A DNA stretch of 57,740 bases from Terrimicrobiaceae bacterium (GTDB lineage Bacteria; Verrucomicrobiota; Verrucomicrobiia; Chthoniobacterales; Terrimicrobiaceae), in NCBI GenBank assembly GCA_041752695.1, contig JBGSVZ010000096.1:1-57740 (forward strand), given 5' to 3'. Position 1 is the stretch's first letter, and each line of letters begins with the position of its first letter. The translations under genes and the position numbers were made by a program. The notes beneath the pieces are model-generated. The model was not told the DNA's origin. It saw only the letters and a list, made by a program, of their open reading frames with translations, and ran no database searches. Below, in pieces: positions 10,391 to 22,944 of this stretch.

Positions 10391-12202
10391 TTAAGGCTTT
10401 GGCCGGGCAGCCTGACCGGCGTTGGCTCCGAGGATGCGAATGATTTCCTGCTCGGTGCCGGGGTACGCCTGGGCGTCGTGACCGGTGGGAACGATCAACT
10501 CAGACTCCGCGCCTTCGAGATGGGAACTCCAGAAGCCGACCACGCCGTCGCTGCTTTCGGGGGAGTCACCGCGCCCGCGATCTCCAATAATCGAATAAAA
10601 GCGTGCACCCTTTTCCAGCGGCAGACCTTCCCAGGCCCGGAAGAGGGGCGACCCGGCCGAAAGCGTGTCGATGCCGGTGACCCTCGCCGGGAGGGAAACC
10701 TTACCCTGAAACTCGTCCGAGAGGGCGGCAAAAAAGCGACTCTGCAGTCCCAGCAGGTCGCCAGGCAGCCGGACAAACCGACTGCCCCATCGGGCGAAAG
10801 ACGCATCGGCCATCCGCGTGCCGCGATGCGGGGTGGCGATAAAAATTACCGTCCGCACACCTTTGAGAGGTTCCCAGAAAACGACCCGACGAATCGCCGC
10901 GCGATCAGCGGGATCCATTCGCATTTGCTCGAGCGGCACATGGGAGATTTCCCGCCAGAGCCGGTCGCCAATATTTGTCGCCAAAATCCGCGCGACGTTT
11001 CCGCCCATGCTGTAACCGACCAGATCGATTCGCCGCGCTGCCAAGGATGTCCCCCCCGAATCATATTGCCGCCGCATGCGCACGACGTCCTCCCGGATCA
11101 GCGCCGCAGAGTAAATGACCGGCGCCCCGGTCGGATAAAAGGCGTACCAGAATTGATAATTCCGACGCACCACAGGATCCGCCTGGGCCTCGGAAACGAC
11201 ATTCCGCCAGACAATGGGAGTGGAGCTCAGACCATGAATCAGCAAAACCGGAATCCGATTGGGATCAAAAGGTTCGGCCAGGTAAACACCGGCGTCGTTG
11301 GTGCCCACTGAGACGTTAAAAAGATTTCTAATCCCGAGGAGCAGGTCGTTAACTCCCCCAAAAGACAACGCCAGGGGAGCGGTAAAGTCGGCGGCCAGGG
11401 GAAACTTCCGCCCGGCCACCGTCACTTGCTCGGTCCGGATCGAATCGAAAATTTCCACCACACCGGTGGACGTTCCGGTGGCCGGAAATTTCACCAGCGC
11501 GGACAACGCGAGTGTGATGCCCTTCTCCGGGTGGTCATCCATCTCCTTTTCGCGGCCCGGTTTTCGTTCCCGGACTCCAACCAGTGCGACGCCCAGACCG
11601 GACACCACGGCGCGACGCCGGAAGCCGCGGATTTGAATGCGTTCGGCGACCAAGACCGTGTCGAAATACCCGGGCCGTGCGGGACCCGCGCCCGGAAACC
11701 GCACCTCCAGTGTGACATGGCCCGTCGGCGTGGAAATCGTCAGTGGGCCTCCCCGCGCCAACGCGGCGGATTTGTCTCCGACAAAACCGGCCAGCGCCTC
11801 GTCATAGACGGTCAGTCCCTCGATGGCCATAGGATCGGTTTTCCAGCGCCCGGTCGGAATCTTCCGCAACCCCTCCCAGGCCAGCCGCGCCGCCATCACG
11901 GCAAATCCGTCCTGGTCGCGCCACTGGCGTTTTCCCAAGCCAAGCACAAGCTTCGACGCTTGGAAAAGCCGTTCTGGATCCTGCCCCGCCCAGCCTTCCA
12001 ATTCCCGCGCCAGCATCACCGCGGACTTCCCCCGCGCCGCGCTGCCGAGCACCGATCGGACTTCACTGCGCACCGGGATCTGCGGGCCGGAATCAACCAC
12101 TCGCGTACTCACCGTCGCCCCGCAGCCCGCCAGCAAAAGGATGCTGGCGAGGAGGAAGCAGGCTTTGCGGAAAAACCATTCTCGAAAGGGTGGTGCGTTC
12201 AT
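10391..12202 (-). CDS. Alpha/beta hydrolase lipoprotein (esterase/lipase)
   Basis: LLAGC lipobox, LIHGLSS, GYSMGG, ATPHRG, SDGVV. Confidence 0.85.
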   Translation of the reverse strand: MNAPPFREWFFRKACFLLASILLLAGCGATVSTRVVDSGPQIPVRSEVRSVLGSAARGKSAVMLARELEGWAGQDPERLFQASKLVLGLGKRQWRDQDGFAVMAARLAWEGLRKIPTGRWKTDPMAIEGLTVYDEALAGFVGDKSAALARGGPLTISTPTGHVTLEVRFPGAGPARPGYFDTVLVAERIQIRGFRRRAVVSGLGVALVGVRERKPGREKEMDDHPEKGITLALSALVKFPATGTSTGVVEIFDSIRTEQVTVAGRKFPLAADFTAPLALSFGGVNDLLLGIRNLFNVSVGTNDAGVYLAEPFDPNRIPVLLIHGLSSTPIVWRNVVSEAQADPVVRRNYQFWYAFYPTGAPVIYSAALIREDVVRMRRQYDSGGTSLAARRIDLVGYSMGGNVARILATNIGDRLWREISHVPLEQMRMDPADRAAIRRVVFWEPLKGVRTVIFIATPHRGTRMADASFARWGSRFVRLPGDLLGLQSRFFAALSDEFQGKVSLPARVTGIDTLSAGSPLFRAWEGLPLEKGARFYSIIGDRGRGDSPESSDGVVGFWSSHLEGAESELIVPTGHDAQAYPGTEQEIIRILGANAGQAARPKP

Positions 12203-12238
12203 GTCAGGAAAAATCCCCCACCCCCTGCCCGATAATTC

Positions 12239-14485
<2,247 letters not shown>

Positions 14486-14510
14486 TCAGGGGAAAGGGGT
14501 CAACGCTCCA

Positions 14511-14566
14511 CTCCCATCTCCGAACTCTCATCTCCGAACTCCGAACTCCGAACACCTAACTTCGAT
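14511..14566. repeat. Degenerate heptamer array (CTCCGAA)
   Basis: ctcccat ctccgaa ctctcat ctccgaa ctccgaa ctccgaa cacctaa cttcgat. Confidence 0.85.
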
Positions 14567-15269
14567 CACCCATCCTCACGCTGGGTTTCTTGCGGATCTT
14601 CCGAAATTTTTCAAGCATACGATGGCCGACGCGGTCGCCGTTTTCGCGCACCCACTTCCAAGTGAACCATGCCACGGCGAACGACAGAAAAATCGACACC
14701 ACCACATCGGAAAGATGGTGCGCGCCCATCACGATGCTGGACCACCCCACAAGAGCGGCAAGAATGAGCCCGCCCACCCCGAGCCAGGGACGGGCGAACA
14801 CCAGGACCCACGCGAGCCCGAAGGCAGTCGCAGTGTGGCCGGAGGGAAAGGAATTATAAGCCTGATCGCCGACCGTCATCCGTCCGTCTTTCCACGGACC
14901 GTAAAATCCCTGCTCGATTTTGGGGCTTTCCCGCGGTCGCGTGCGGCCGGTGGTCAATCGGGAGGCATTCGCCAAAATGCCCGCAATCGTCGAGGCGAGC
15001 ATGGCAGCTATGAGGATGCGTTGCCACTCACGGTTCCGCAGACGCCAGGCGGCCAGCAGACAGACGCTGCCGCCCAGCATCAACCAGGGCCAGTCGCCAT
15101 AATGACGCACCCCGGCATGAAATCTCCGCTGGTCGGACTTTTTCCACGTCTTGTCCTGCGTTTTCACGATCTCGGTCCGCAAGGGCGCGTCCAAACGAAA
15201 CGCCGTCCAGGTCGCACTGGCGGCGAAGATGAGAAAGAGGGCGAGGAGAATGAAGCGGGTGTTTTTCAA
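14556..15269 (-). CDS. PAP2 family membrane phosphatase
   Basis: GRTRP, SFPSGH, GAHHLSDV motifs. Confidence 0.9.
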   Translation of the reverse strand: MKNTRFILLALFLIFAASATWTAFRLDAPLRTEIVKTQDKTWKKSDQRRFHAGVRHYGDWPWLMLGGSVCLLAAWRLRNREWQRILIAAMLASTIAGILANASRLTTGRTRPRESPKIEQGFYGPWKDGRMTVGDQAYNSFPSGHTATAFGLAWVLVFARPWLGVGGLILAALVGWSSIVMGAHHLSDVVVSIFLSFAVAWFTWKWVRENGDRVGHRMLEKFRKIRKKPSVRMGDRS

Positions 15270-15387
15270 AGCCGACAGAGAGCTAGCGGCACATCCGCTC
15301 CGGGGCGAGTTTTTCCTGTGCGGTTAATTATCCGAAATATTCAAGCAACTGTTGCAGAGACTGGAAAATGGGGGTAGGATATAGCCT

Positions 15388-16914
15388 ATGAGGCGTGCAA
15401 TGGTCGCTTTAATTCTGGGGACGGCAGCATTCGGGACGATGCAGGCTGAGGAATTGAGCTCGGGCGTGGGGGAAGCGGTCCGGGAAAACGGCTTCAAGGC
15501 GAAGCCCGCCGGGATCCAGGCGATGTCGGTTTCCAGCTATGACCACGGCGATCCGACGGCCTATGAACAGCTCTTTCTCGAGTTGTTAAACCGGGCTCGT
15601 GCCAATCCCGGAGCGGAAGCGTCACGGCTTGGCATCAATTTGAATGCCGGTCTGCCCGCAGGGACAATTGCAAATACTCCCAAACCTCCCCTCGCCTTCG
15701 AGGAGGCTCTCATCGCCGCGTCTCGCGCGCACTCCCAGTGGATGCTCGATACGGACACCTTTAGCCATACCGGCACCAACGGCACCAGTTCCAGCCAACG
15801 CATGACGGCAGCGGGATATCCGCTCGATGGTGCCTGGAAAACGGGCGAAAACATCGCTTGGCGGGGAACATCGGGAACGGTGAATATCGAAAGTTTCACG
15901 CGAGGACTGCACGACGATTTGTTCAAGAGTTTCAGCCACAGGATAAACATGATGGATCCCGCATTCGACCAGATTGGACTCGGCGTGATCCAAGGCCTGT
16001 TTCAAGACAATGGCACCAACTGGAAGGCCCTGATGGGCACTCAAGATTTTGCGTTTAGCGGAGGTTCCCCCTCCCCCGCGGGACCACTCGTCCTCGGCGT
16101 GGCTTACAAAGACAACAACGGAAACAATTTTTACGACCCGGGCGAAGGCCTCGGCGGGGTCACGGTCAACCTTCTTCCGGGGGACACCACCACGACCACG
16201 TCAACCTCGGGGGGTTACGCGATTCCCCTCGGCACCACCTCGGGGGCCCTCGTTCTGACCTTCAGCGGAGGTGCGGTCACGACCTCCACGCAGGTCGCCG
16301 GACTGGCCGTGCCGGGCGTTAATGTCAAGGTGGACCTCATCCTTGCTCCGACCTCGACCACCACCCGGGTGGTCAGCCTCTCCGGGGACCTGAATTTCGG
16401 ATCGGTGGCCGTGGGTAGTTCGGTTACTCGCACCCTATCGATCGCCAACACGGGAAATTCTCCGTTGGTCGTCACCGGCATCAGCCATTCCTCGGGCGTT
16501 TTTTCCGGCAATTTTTCCGGAACCATCACGGCGGGCAACAGCAAGATGGTCACACTCACCTTCACTCCCACGGCGATCCAGGCCTTCAGCGGAACTCTCA
16601 CCGTTGCTTCCAATGCAACAAGCGGAACGGCCACCCGGGCGGAGACAGGAACCGGAACCAACGCTCCGGTCGCGGCCACACCTGTGATCAATCCCAATGG
16701 TGCCAGCTTCGGGAAATCCGTGAAAGTTAAGCTGACCTCAGCTACGACCGGAGCCGTCATCCGCTACACCAAGGACGGCAGTGAACCCACGTCTGCTTCG
16801 CCCAAATACAGTCGGACCATCCCGGTGAAAACCACCACCACGATCAAGGCGAAAGCCTTCAAGGCGGGCTTCACCGAGAGCCACACGGCAACCGCCCTCT
16901 TTACGAAAAGCTAG
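15388..16914 (+). CDS. Secreted CAP/SCP-domain protein with Ig-like and FN3-associated domains
   Basis: Signal peptide; LLNRAR, AHSQWM, GENIA, SHRINMM; C-terminal IRYTKDGSEPT. Confidence 0.85.
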   Translation: MRRAMVALILGTAAFGTMQAEELSSGVGEAVRENGFKAKPAGIQAMSVSSYDHGDPTAYEQLFLELLNRARANPGAEASRLGINLNAGLPAGTIANTPKPPLAFEEALIAASRAHSQWMLDTDTFSHTGTNGTSSSQRMTAAGYPLDGAWKTGENIAWRGTSGTVNIESFTRGLHDDLFKSFSHRINMMDPAFDQIGLGVIQGLFQDNGTNWKALMGTQDFAFSGGSPSPAGPLVLGVAYKDNNGNNFYDPGEGLGGVTVNLLPGDTTTTTSTSGGYAIPLGTTSGALVLTFSGGAVTTSTQVAGLAVPGVNVKVDLILAPTSTTTRVVSLSGDLNFGSVAVGSSVTRTLSIANTGNSPLVVTGISHSSGVFSGNFSGTITAGNSKMVTLTFTPTAIQAFSGTLTVASNATSGTATRAETGTGTNAPVAATPVINPNGASFGKSVKVKLTSATTGAVIRYTKDGSEPTSASPKYSRTIPVKTTTTIKAKAFKAGFTESHTATALFTKS

Positions 16915-16925
16915 CGGCGGAAAAC

Positions 16926-17549
16926 TTACTGGGCGGACTGCCCGGGGGTGAGTGCGGTGAACTGTGGGCGTCCCGCCTTTTCGAAATATTCGAAGGCCAT
17001 GCGTTTGCGCTCTCCGAGCACAACGGCCACCTGTTCCTCAGCGGAAGGCGTGCGCCAAAGCGGCATGCCACCCGGCGGCATCCAGGCCCGTCCGGTAAAA
17101 TTGTCGCGCACCGTTCCGCCCGGACGCGCGCGCGGGCTGTCCGCCACATAAAGTCGGCTGCCGCTGGGCCCGAGGGCGACCATCTCGACGTGGCCGTAAT
17201 ACCCACCAGGCGTCCCGCGGGGCACTTTGCCAGACCGTTTGTCGCCCAGGTAGACCAACACGCTGCCCAGAGGAGCCCGTTCCGGGGTGAGGCATCGCAC
17301 GGGTTTCCAACCGGCTTTCGCCAGATTCTTTTCCCAGTCCTGACCGTTCCCACCCTGGAGCCCGGTCCCGAGTCCCGTCTTACGCAGGATGGAAAGCATA
17401 CCGCGCCCGCACCAGCCCGATCCGATATTGTCCGTCGCACTCTCGACAGCGGCGTTCATCAGCAACGATTTGGTGACGAGAGGATTCGCCGCGAACGCCC
17501 CCGCGGACATCGCGAGAAGGGGAAGCAGGAACACCAATCGGCCAAACAT
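16926..17549 (-). CDS. Secreted CHAP/NlpC-P60-like cysteine hydrolase
   Basis: Signal peptide, GWCGRG, GNGQDW, GSVLVY, YGHVEM (Cys/His pair); start re-called at MFGRLV. Confidence 0.6.
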   Translation of the reverse strand: MFGRLVFLLPLLAMSAGAFAANPLVTKSLLMNAAVESATDNIGSGWCGRGMLSILRKTGLGTGLQGGNGQDWEKNLAKAGWKPVRCLTPERAPLGSVLVYLGDKRSGKVPRGTPGGYYGHVEMVALGPSGSRLYVADSPRARPGGTVRDNFTGRAWMPPGGMPLWRTPSAEEQVAVVLGERKRMAFEYFEKAGRPQFTALTPGQSAQ

Positions 17550-17598
17550 CCGGCCTACGATAGGCAGGAAGAGCGGTTCGCCAAGGGATTTTTTCCGT

Positions 17599-18423
17599 TC
17601 AACCGCCCACCGATTCATACCGCTTGAGCCCGCGACGCCACATGAAACGTGCCGCAAGGTACGACAAAACCACCCAACCAGCCTGGATGGCGAGGCCACT
17701 CCACAGTTCCGCGCCGCGGACCTTTTCCATCACGACCGCCACGGGAAAATACAATTCATAGGTGAAGGGCAGCCAGCGCAGAATCCCCTGTAGCCAGTCC
17801 GGCATGACATTGAGCGGAAAGAGCCTCCCGCTGAGATAATACTCAAAGGAATAGAGGATGAACACGATGGTGGAAATTTCCAGAATCCAAAACGCCAGCA
17901 TGGCCAGCGCATAGGCGAGAAGGAATTGAATCGCCGCCGCCATCATCAGGGAGATCAGAAAAAGCGGCCAGGTCAGGGGATCCACCGGAAGGACAATAAA
18001 CTCATGGAACCAGGCAAAAACCGCAATGATCGGCGGCAGTGTGACTGCGGTGTAAAGCAAGCGCGCGCTGAGAAAAAGACTCGCCCGATAGGCCAAGTAG
18101 TCCACCGGCTTGGAAAGAAAATTATTGATCTGCCCGTCCCGGATCTCCGCCGCAATTTGCCATTCGTCGTCGGTGGGAGTGACCAGGTTGTCCACGAGGA
18201 GCACCACCAGGAAATAATACACGATCTGCCCAAAGTCGTAGCCCCGGATCTCCTCGCCCCGGGACTCGAAGAGTGCCCGCCAGATGAAGACCGTTCCCGC
18301 CAACGGCACGAGACCGAAAAGGGAGCGCAGAAGAAAATTCCAACGGTAAACGAAGGTGTTTTGAAGACCGGTGGTGAAGACACTCCAGTACTTCCGCGGA
18401 GCGTGAAGGGCCCCGGAAATCAT
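17599..18423 (-). CDS. ABC-2 family transporter permease
   Basis: [30 protein letters not shown]; six predicted TM segments. Confidence 0.88.
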   Translation of the reverse strand: MISGALHAPRKYWSVFTTGLQNTFVYRWNFLLRSLFGLVPLAGTVFIWRALFESRGEEIRGYDFGQIVYYFLVVLLVDNLVTPTDDEWQIAAEIRDGQINNFLSKPVDYLAYRASLFLSARLLYTAVTLPPIIAVFAWFHEFIVLPVDPLTWPLFLISLMMAAAIQFLLAYALAMLAFWILEISTIVFILYSFEYYLSGRLFPLNVMPDWLQGILRWLPFTYELYFPVAVVMEKVRGAELWSGLAIQAGWVVLSYLAARFMWRRGLKRYESVGG

Positions 18424-18547
18424 GGCCGAACAGTGGCGGGCGGCAGGGATTGAAAGACGGCATTTTCCACTCCCCCAACGATGTCCGTTTTTCTGCTCGC
18501 TGTCATCCTCTCTTCCCTTCAGCATCCTGGAGCTCAAGTTGTACCGC

Positions 18548-20071
18548 ATGAAAATTCAACGCGCGCTCATTTCCGTCTCCGACAAAACCGGCATCGTGGA
18601 TTTCGCCCGGGAGCTCCACGCTCAGGGTGTCGAGATCCTCTCAACCGGCGGCACCGCCAAGTCGCTCCAAGCCGAGGGCATTCCGACTGTCGAAGTCTCA
18701 CAGTTCACCGGATCCCCGGAAATCATGGACGGCCGCGTCAAGACGCTGCATCCGAAGATCCACGGCGGCCTGCTTTATTTGCGCGGCAACGAGGAGCACG
18801 AAAAACAGGCGAAGACCCACGGCATCCGTCCCATCGATCTGGTGGTGGTGAACCTCTACCCCTTCGAAGCCACCATCGCGAAGGAGAACGTCACCCTCGG
18901 CGAAGCCATCGAGCAAATCGACATCGGCGGCCCGTCCATGATCCGCAGTGCTTCCAAAAATTATCACTCCGTCACCGTCGTCACGGATCCTGCCGATTAC
19001 CCCGCTTTGATCGAGGATATGAAGGAAGAAAACGGCGGCACCGGTCTCGCCTTGCGCGAACGGCTCGCCATCAAAGCCTTCAGCACGACCTCAGCCTACG
19101 ACCGCGCCATTGCGGGATTTCTCAATCGCGAGCAGGAAACCTCCGCCGCCTTTCGCGTGGACCTGCCCCTGGAAATTCGCCTGCGCTACGGCGAAAACCC
19201 CCATCAGCAGGCCGAGCTCTACGGGGACTTTGGGTCCCATTTTGAAAAACTCCAGGGCAAGGAACTCTCCTACAACAACATCCTCGATATCAGTGCCGCC
19301 GCCGGGCTCATTACGGAGTTTTCCAAGCCCACCGTAGCCATTCTCAAACACACCAACCCCTGCGGCATCGGCTCCGACCCCGACCTTCGCGAAGCCTGGG
19401 ACAAAGCCTTTGCCACCGACAAACAGGCTCCTTTCGGCGGCATCATCATCTGCAACCGTCCCCTCACCCTCGCCCTCGCCAAGGCCATCTCCGAGATTTT
19501 CAGTGAGGTCATCATCGCTCCGGAATTCGACACCGAAGCTCGTGCCCTGCTTTCGAAGAAAAAAAACCTTCGGTTGATGAAGTTTCTCAAGGCCCTCCCG
19601 GAAAGCGGCCGCGACGTGCGCTCCGTGGCCGGCGGACTTCTCGTCCAGGACACCGACTCCGCCGACGTGCCGGAACTCGAGCACAAAGTCGTCACCGCCC
19701 GCCCGCCGACCAAGGACGAGATTGCTGCGATGGAGTTTGGCTGGAAGGTGGTGAAACACGTAAAATCCAACGCCATCGTCTACGCCGCCAAGGATCGCAC
19801 GCTTGGCATCGGCGCCGGGCAAATGTCCCGCGTGGATTCGTCCCGCATCGCCGTCTGGAAAGCCCAGGAAGCCGGACTTTCCCTCAAGGGCAGCGCCGTC
19901 TGCAGCGACGCCTTCTTCCCCTTCCCCGACGGTCTCATCGCTGCCGCTGAAGCCGGCGCCACCTGCGCCATTCAGCCCGGGGGCTCCGTGCGCGACGAAG
20001 AAGTGATCAAAGCGGCCAACGAACGCAAAATCGCCATGGTGTTCACCGGATTCCGCCATTTCCGGCACTGA
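18548..20071 (+). CDS. purH: Bifunctional AICAR transformylase / IMP cyclohydrolase
   Basis: [44 protein letters not shown]; start re-called. Confidence 0.98.
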   Translation: MKIQRALISVSDKTGIVDFARELHAQGVEILSTGGTAKSLQAEGIPTVEVSQFTGSPEIMDGRVKTLHPKIHGGLLYLRGNEEHEKQAKTHGIRPIDLVVVNLYPFEATIAKENVTLGEAIEQIDIGGPSMIRSASKNYHSVTVVTDPADYPALIEDMKEENGGTGLALRERLAIKAFSTTSAYDRAIAGFLNREQETSAAFRVDLPLEIRLRYGENPHQQAELYGDFGSHFEKLQGKELSYNNILDISAAAGLITEFSKPTVAILKHTNPCGIGSDPDLREAWDKAFATDKQAPFGGIIICNRPLTLALAKAISEIFSEVIIAPEFDTEARALLSKKKNLRLMKFLKALPESGRDVRSVAGGLLVQDTDSADVPELEHKVVTARPPTKDEIAAMEFGWKVVKHVKSNAIVYAAKDRTLGIGAGQMSRVDSSRIAVWKAQEAGLSLKGSAVCSDAFFPFPDGLIAAAEAGATCAIQPGGSVRDEEVIKAANERKIAMVFTGFRHFRH

Positions 20072-20077
20072 GGAGGG

Positions 20078-20174
20078 AAACCACTAATAAACACTAAAAT
20101 GCACTAAAAAGTCAGGACATTGCCCCATGTCATCCCCTTCCCCATCAGTGTCCTTTAGTGCAAATTAGTGGTTT
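20078..20174. repeat. Inverted decamer arrays (MITE-like)
   Basis: AAACCACTAAT...ATTAGTGGTTT ends; three CACTAA units on the left and three T(T/C)AGTG units on the right at 10-bp period. Confidence 0.75.
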
Positions 20175-20226
20175 GAACCCGTAATTTTCCCCGCAACCAT
20201 TTCCGGACACCGGGGTTTCTTCCCTC

Positions 20227-20532
20227 ATGGACGACGAAAACGACGCGCTCTGGAAAGTGCTTGGACAGGCCAAACCTGCCGAAGCCTCGCCCTATTTTGT
20301 ACGCCGAGTTCTTCGGGACGTGCGTGCGGTGCGCCAGGGCCCTTCCCGCTTCCACTTGCTCCTGCGCTGGCTCATCCCGGTGGGAGCCACCGCCGCCGTG
20401 GCCGTCAGCGTCACCACCTGGCAGTTGCGCCAGCAGGATCAGTCCGAGTTTAACGCCTATTTCGACACCGCCGCGGACCTGGAATCCCTTGTCGCTTTTG
20501 AAGATACCTCGGCTTGGGGCGACGTGAACTGA
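20227..20532 (+). CDS. Small single-TM hypothetical protein (anti-sigma-like)
   Basis: 101 aa with one hydrophobic segment. Confidence 0.65.
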   Translation: MDDENDALWKVLGQAKPAEASPYFVRRVLRDVRAVRQGPSRFHLLLRWLIPVGATAAVAVSVTTWQLRQQDQSEFNAYFDTAADLESLVAFEDTSAWGDVN

Positions 20533-20604
20533 CGCGCTTCACGCGGAACACCCGCGCGCCAGCGCTATCGTTTTTTAGGATAACTCTAACGTGGAGCCGG
20601 AAAT

Positions 20605-21588
20605 TCAAGACCAAAGCGGGAGTCGGTCTACGGCCGCAGAAACCGCCTCCACGGATATCTCCTCCATCGCCCCACCCTTCTGCCGCACATCGAAGGGCTC
20701 GGCTGTGTTGGCCCGGAGAACGACTGACGGCGTGTGCCGGGGCCTCCATTGGTAAGGATTGGTGGGGCCGAACAGGGCCACGGTCGGAGTGCGGACGGCA
20801 TCAGCAAGGTGCATCGCCGCGGTATCGACTCCGCAAAAAATCCGGGCCCCTGCGATCACGCCAGCGAGACCGGACAAGCCGGTGGCTCCGGACAAATCCA
20901 CGGAAGGACTTTTCATAGCGGACCGGACGGCGGCGAGGTGGGCCTTTTCCTCCGTCGCGAGGGAACCGGTGAAGACGGGCTGAAGACCGTGCTTTTCCTT
21001 CAAGGCATCGGCCACAGCTGCCCAGCGTTCCGGCAACCAATACTTTTCCGGCCGGGCCGTTCCCGCGTGGATGACTGCGTAAGGAGAGACCACCCCATGC
21101 GACGCGAGCAGAGTTTCCGTAACTTCCCGCGGAGGAAGGCGAAGGTCCAGAGGCACGTTTTCACGCACGATGCCCAGGGGTCGGAGCAAATCTGTGTAAT
21201 GATCGGCGGTGTGCCGGTCGCGGACGGATGAATCCACGAAATCGGTGTAGAGAACGCTCCGCAGAAACTTCCCGCGAAATCGCTGGAAGTTCACCCGGTG
21301 TTTCGCGCGGGAGAGCAGGCCAAAAAACGCCGCACGGTCCGTGCCGGAAAAATCGAGGCACCACTCGGGGCGCAGCGCCGGGAGTTTCTGGAAGATCCAG
21401 GCATTGCCGCCGTTTTTGTCGTGGACAAAACATTCCTCCACATCAAGAGCCGGGAGCAGGCTGCGACAGGAAGAGTCGGCAATCAATGTGAGGCGGGCTT
21501 GCGGAAACGCCTCACGCAGGCAGTGAATCGCGGGCGTGGTGAGGATGAGGTCGCCGATGCGCTTGAGTTGGACGAGGAGAATGTTCAT
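20605..21588 (-). CDS. Glycosyltransferase family 9 (heptosyltransferase-like)
   Basis: LKRIGDLILTTP, GVDTAAMHLA, ALFGPT. Confidence 0.93.
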   Translation of the reverse strand: MNILLVQLKRIGDLILTTPAIHCLREAFPQARLTLIADSSCRSLLPALDVEECFVHDKNGGNAWIFQKLPALRPEWCLDFSGTDRAAFFGLLSRAKHRVNFQRFRGKFLRSVLYTDFVDSSVRDRHTADHYTDLLRPLGIVRENVPLDLRLPPREVTETLLASHGVVSPYAVIHAGTARPEKYWLPERWAAVADALKEKHGLQPVFTGSLATEEKAHLAAVRSAMKSPSVDLSGATGLSGLAGVIAGARIFCGVDTAAMHLADAVRTPTVALFGPTNPYQWRPRHTPSVVLRANTAEPFDVRQKGGAMEEISVEAVSAAVDRLPLWS

Positions 21589-21645
21589 CGGACGGATCAC
21601 CTCCGCATTTGGCAACGCAGATTCCTCCATTTTCCTGGGAACCTC

Positions 21646-22899
21646 TTAGTGGTTCTTCTCCCACTGACGCCGGAGCACAAGATCGTAAGCGCGGGCGAGG
21701 CGTTCGCGGAAGTGGTCCCAGGTGAGCTCTTTTTCCGCACGTTCGCGGGCGGCGACGCTGTACTGGCGGACGAGGTCGGGGGCGTCGTACAACCTTCGAA
21801 TGGCGGTCGCCAGGGAATCAACCTCATTGCAGGGGACAATCAGCCCGTTAAGCCCATCCTGCACGACGTCGCCGGATTCAAACGTCGTAACCTGCGCCAG
21901 GCCGGCGGCGCATGCCTCGTACACCGTCTTGGCGCTGCCCTCGCATTCGGACGGGAAGATGTGAACGTCGGACTGACGAAGGATCTTGTGCACTTCGCGG
22001 GTGAAACCGAGCGGCTTCACCGTCGGCCCGCCGAACTCCTCCAGAGCAGGTCTAATCTCGTCGTGGACTGCTCCGATGAGGGTGAGTTCCGCATGCGGGA
22101 GTTTCAGGCGGTGCCAGGCTTCGAGGAGCACATGCACGCCCTTGCGTTTGATCAAAGCCCCGCAATACACGGCGCGCAAAGGACGCTCGGCGGAGAATTG
22201 TGCAGGCACGCCCGCTGGATCCTTGGCCTGGAAAAGATGCGTATCGACCCCGGCGCCAAGCATGAAAAGTTTTTCCTCGGGAATCCCGGCCGCAGTAAAC
22301 GTGCGGGCGGAACATTTGGAGGGGACAAGGAGAAGGTCGGTGAGATCGTATTCCTCCAGGCTATCCTGGCGGCTGACGAGGCATTTGGTGAACCACGTGT
22401 CGGGAAACTTCGCGTTTTTCTCGTGCCGGGAGATCTCGATTTTTTCCCGGGGCTTCACCTTGCCCTTGTCGCGGTGCCAGGTGGGAATCTCCATCACCGA
22501 CGGAATGCCCAGGAGTTTGGCGACCCGGAGCGACCGAAGACAATTGCCCGCCCAGCCGTGAAAAAAATCATACTGGGTGGACTCGACGTGCCGAGCGGCA
22601 ATGCGATCCACGTATTTCTTTTTCGCGTCGTAATAAAACGGTGCGCTCAGAAACGAGAGCAGCCGGACGGGGTGGGATTCGAGCGACGTGATGAGGCGGC
22701 CAGGGATGTCCTTTTGTCGGTTGCCGTAGCCGAACGCCTGCCCGAGATATCCGCCGGACGCGGAAAGTTTGAGCGCCTCATGAGCATTGAGATCGAGTCC
22801 GTAGCCCCCGATGCGGGCATTAATGGCATAGAGCAGACATCCGGGGTGTTGCAGGCCGGGATACTGCTCCGCCCGTTTGCTTGATTCTTGTGCCACCAT
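21646..22899 (-). CDS. Glycosyltransferase family 4
   Basis: RKGVHVLLEA, FPSECEGSAKTVYEA; start re-called at MVAQES. Confidence 0.9.
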   Translation of the reverse strand: MVAQESSKRAEQYPGLQHPGCLLYAINARIGGYGLDLNAHEALKLSASGGYLGQAFGYGNRQKDIPGRLITSLESHPVRLLSFLSAPFYYDAKKKYVDRIAARHVESTQYDFFHGWAGNCLRSLRVAKLLGIPSVMEIPTWHRDKGKVKPREKIEISRHEKNAKFPDTWFTKCLVSRQDSLEEYDLTDLLLVPSKCSARTFTAAGIPEEKLFMLGAGVDTHLFQAKDPAGVPAQFSAERPLRAVYCGALIKRKGVHVLLEAWHRLKLPHAELTLIGAVHDEIRPALEEFGGPTVKPLGFTREVHKILRQSDVHIFPSECEGSAKTVYEACAAGLAQVTTFESGDVVQDGLNGLIVPCNEVDSLATAIRRLYDAPDLVRQYSVAARERAEKELTWDHFRERLARAYDLVLRRQWEKNH

Positions 22900-22944
22900 G
22901 AGTTGTCCTCTGATAGGGAATCCTTCCTCATCCACAAAGCAAAA

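Noticed and set aside
9473..11311. 612-aa plus-strand ORF
   Set aside because: Overlaps two well-supported minus-strand genes; no recognisable domain
18424..18547. ZTP riboswitch before purH
   Set aside because: Short divergent intergenic region with no recognisable consensus
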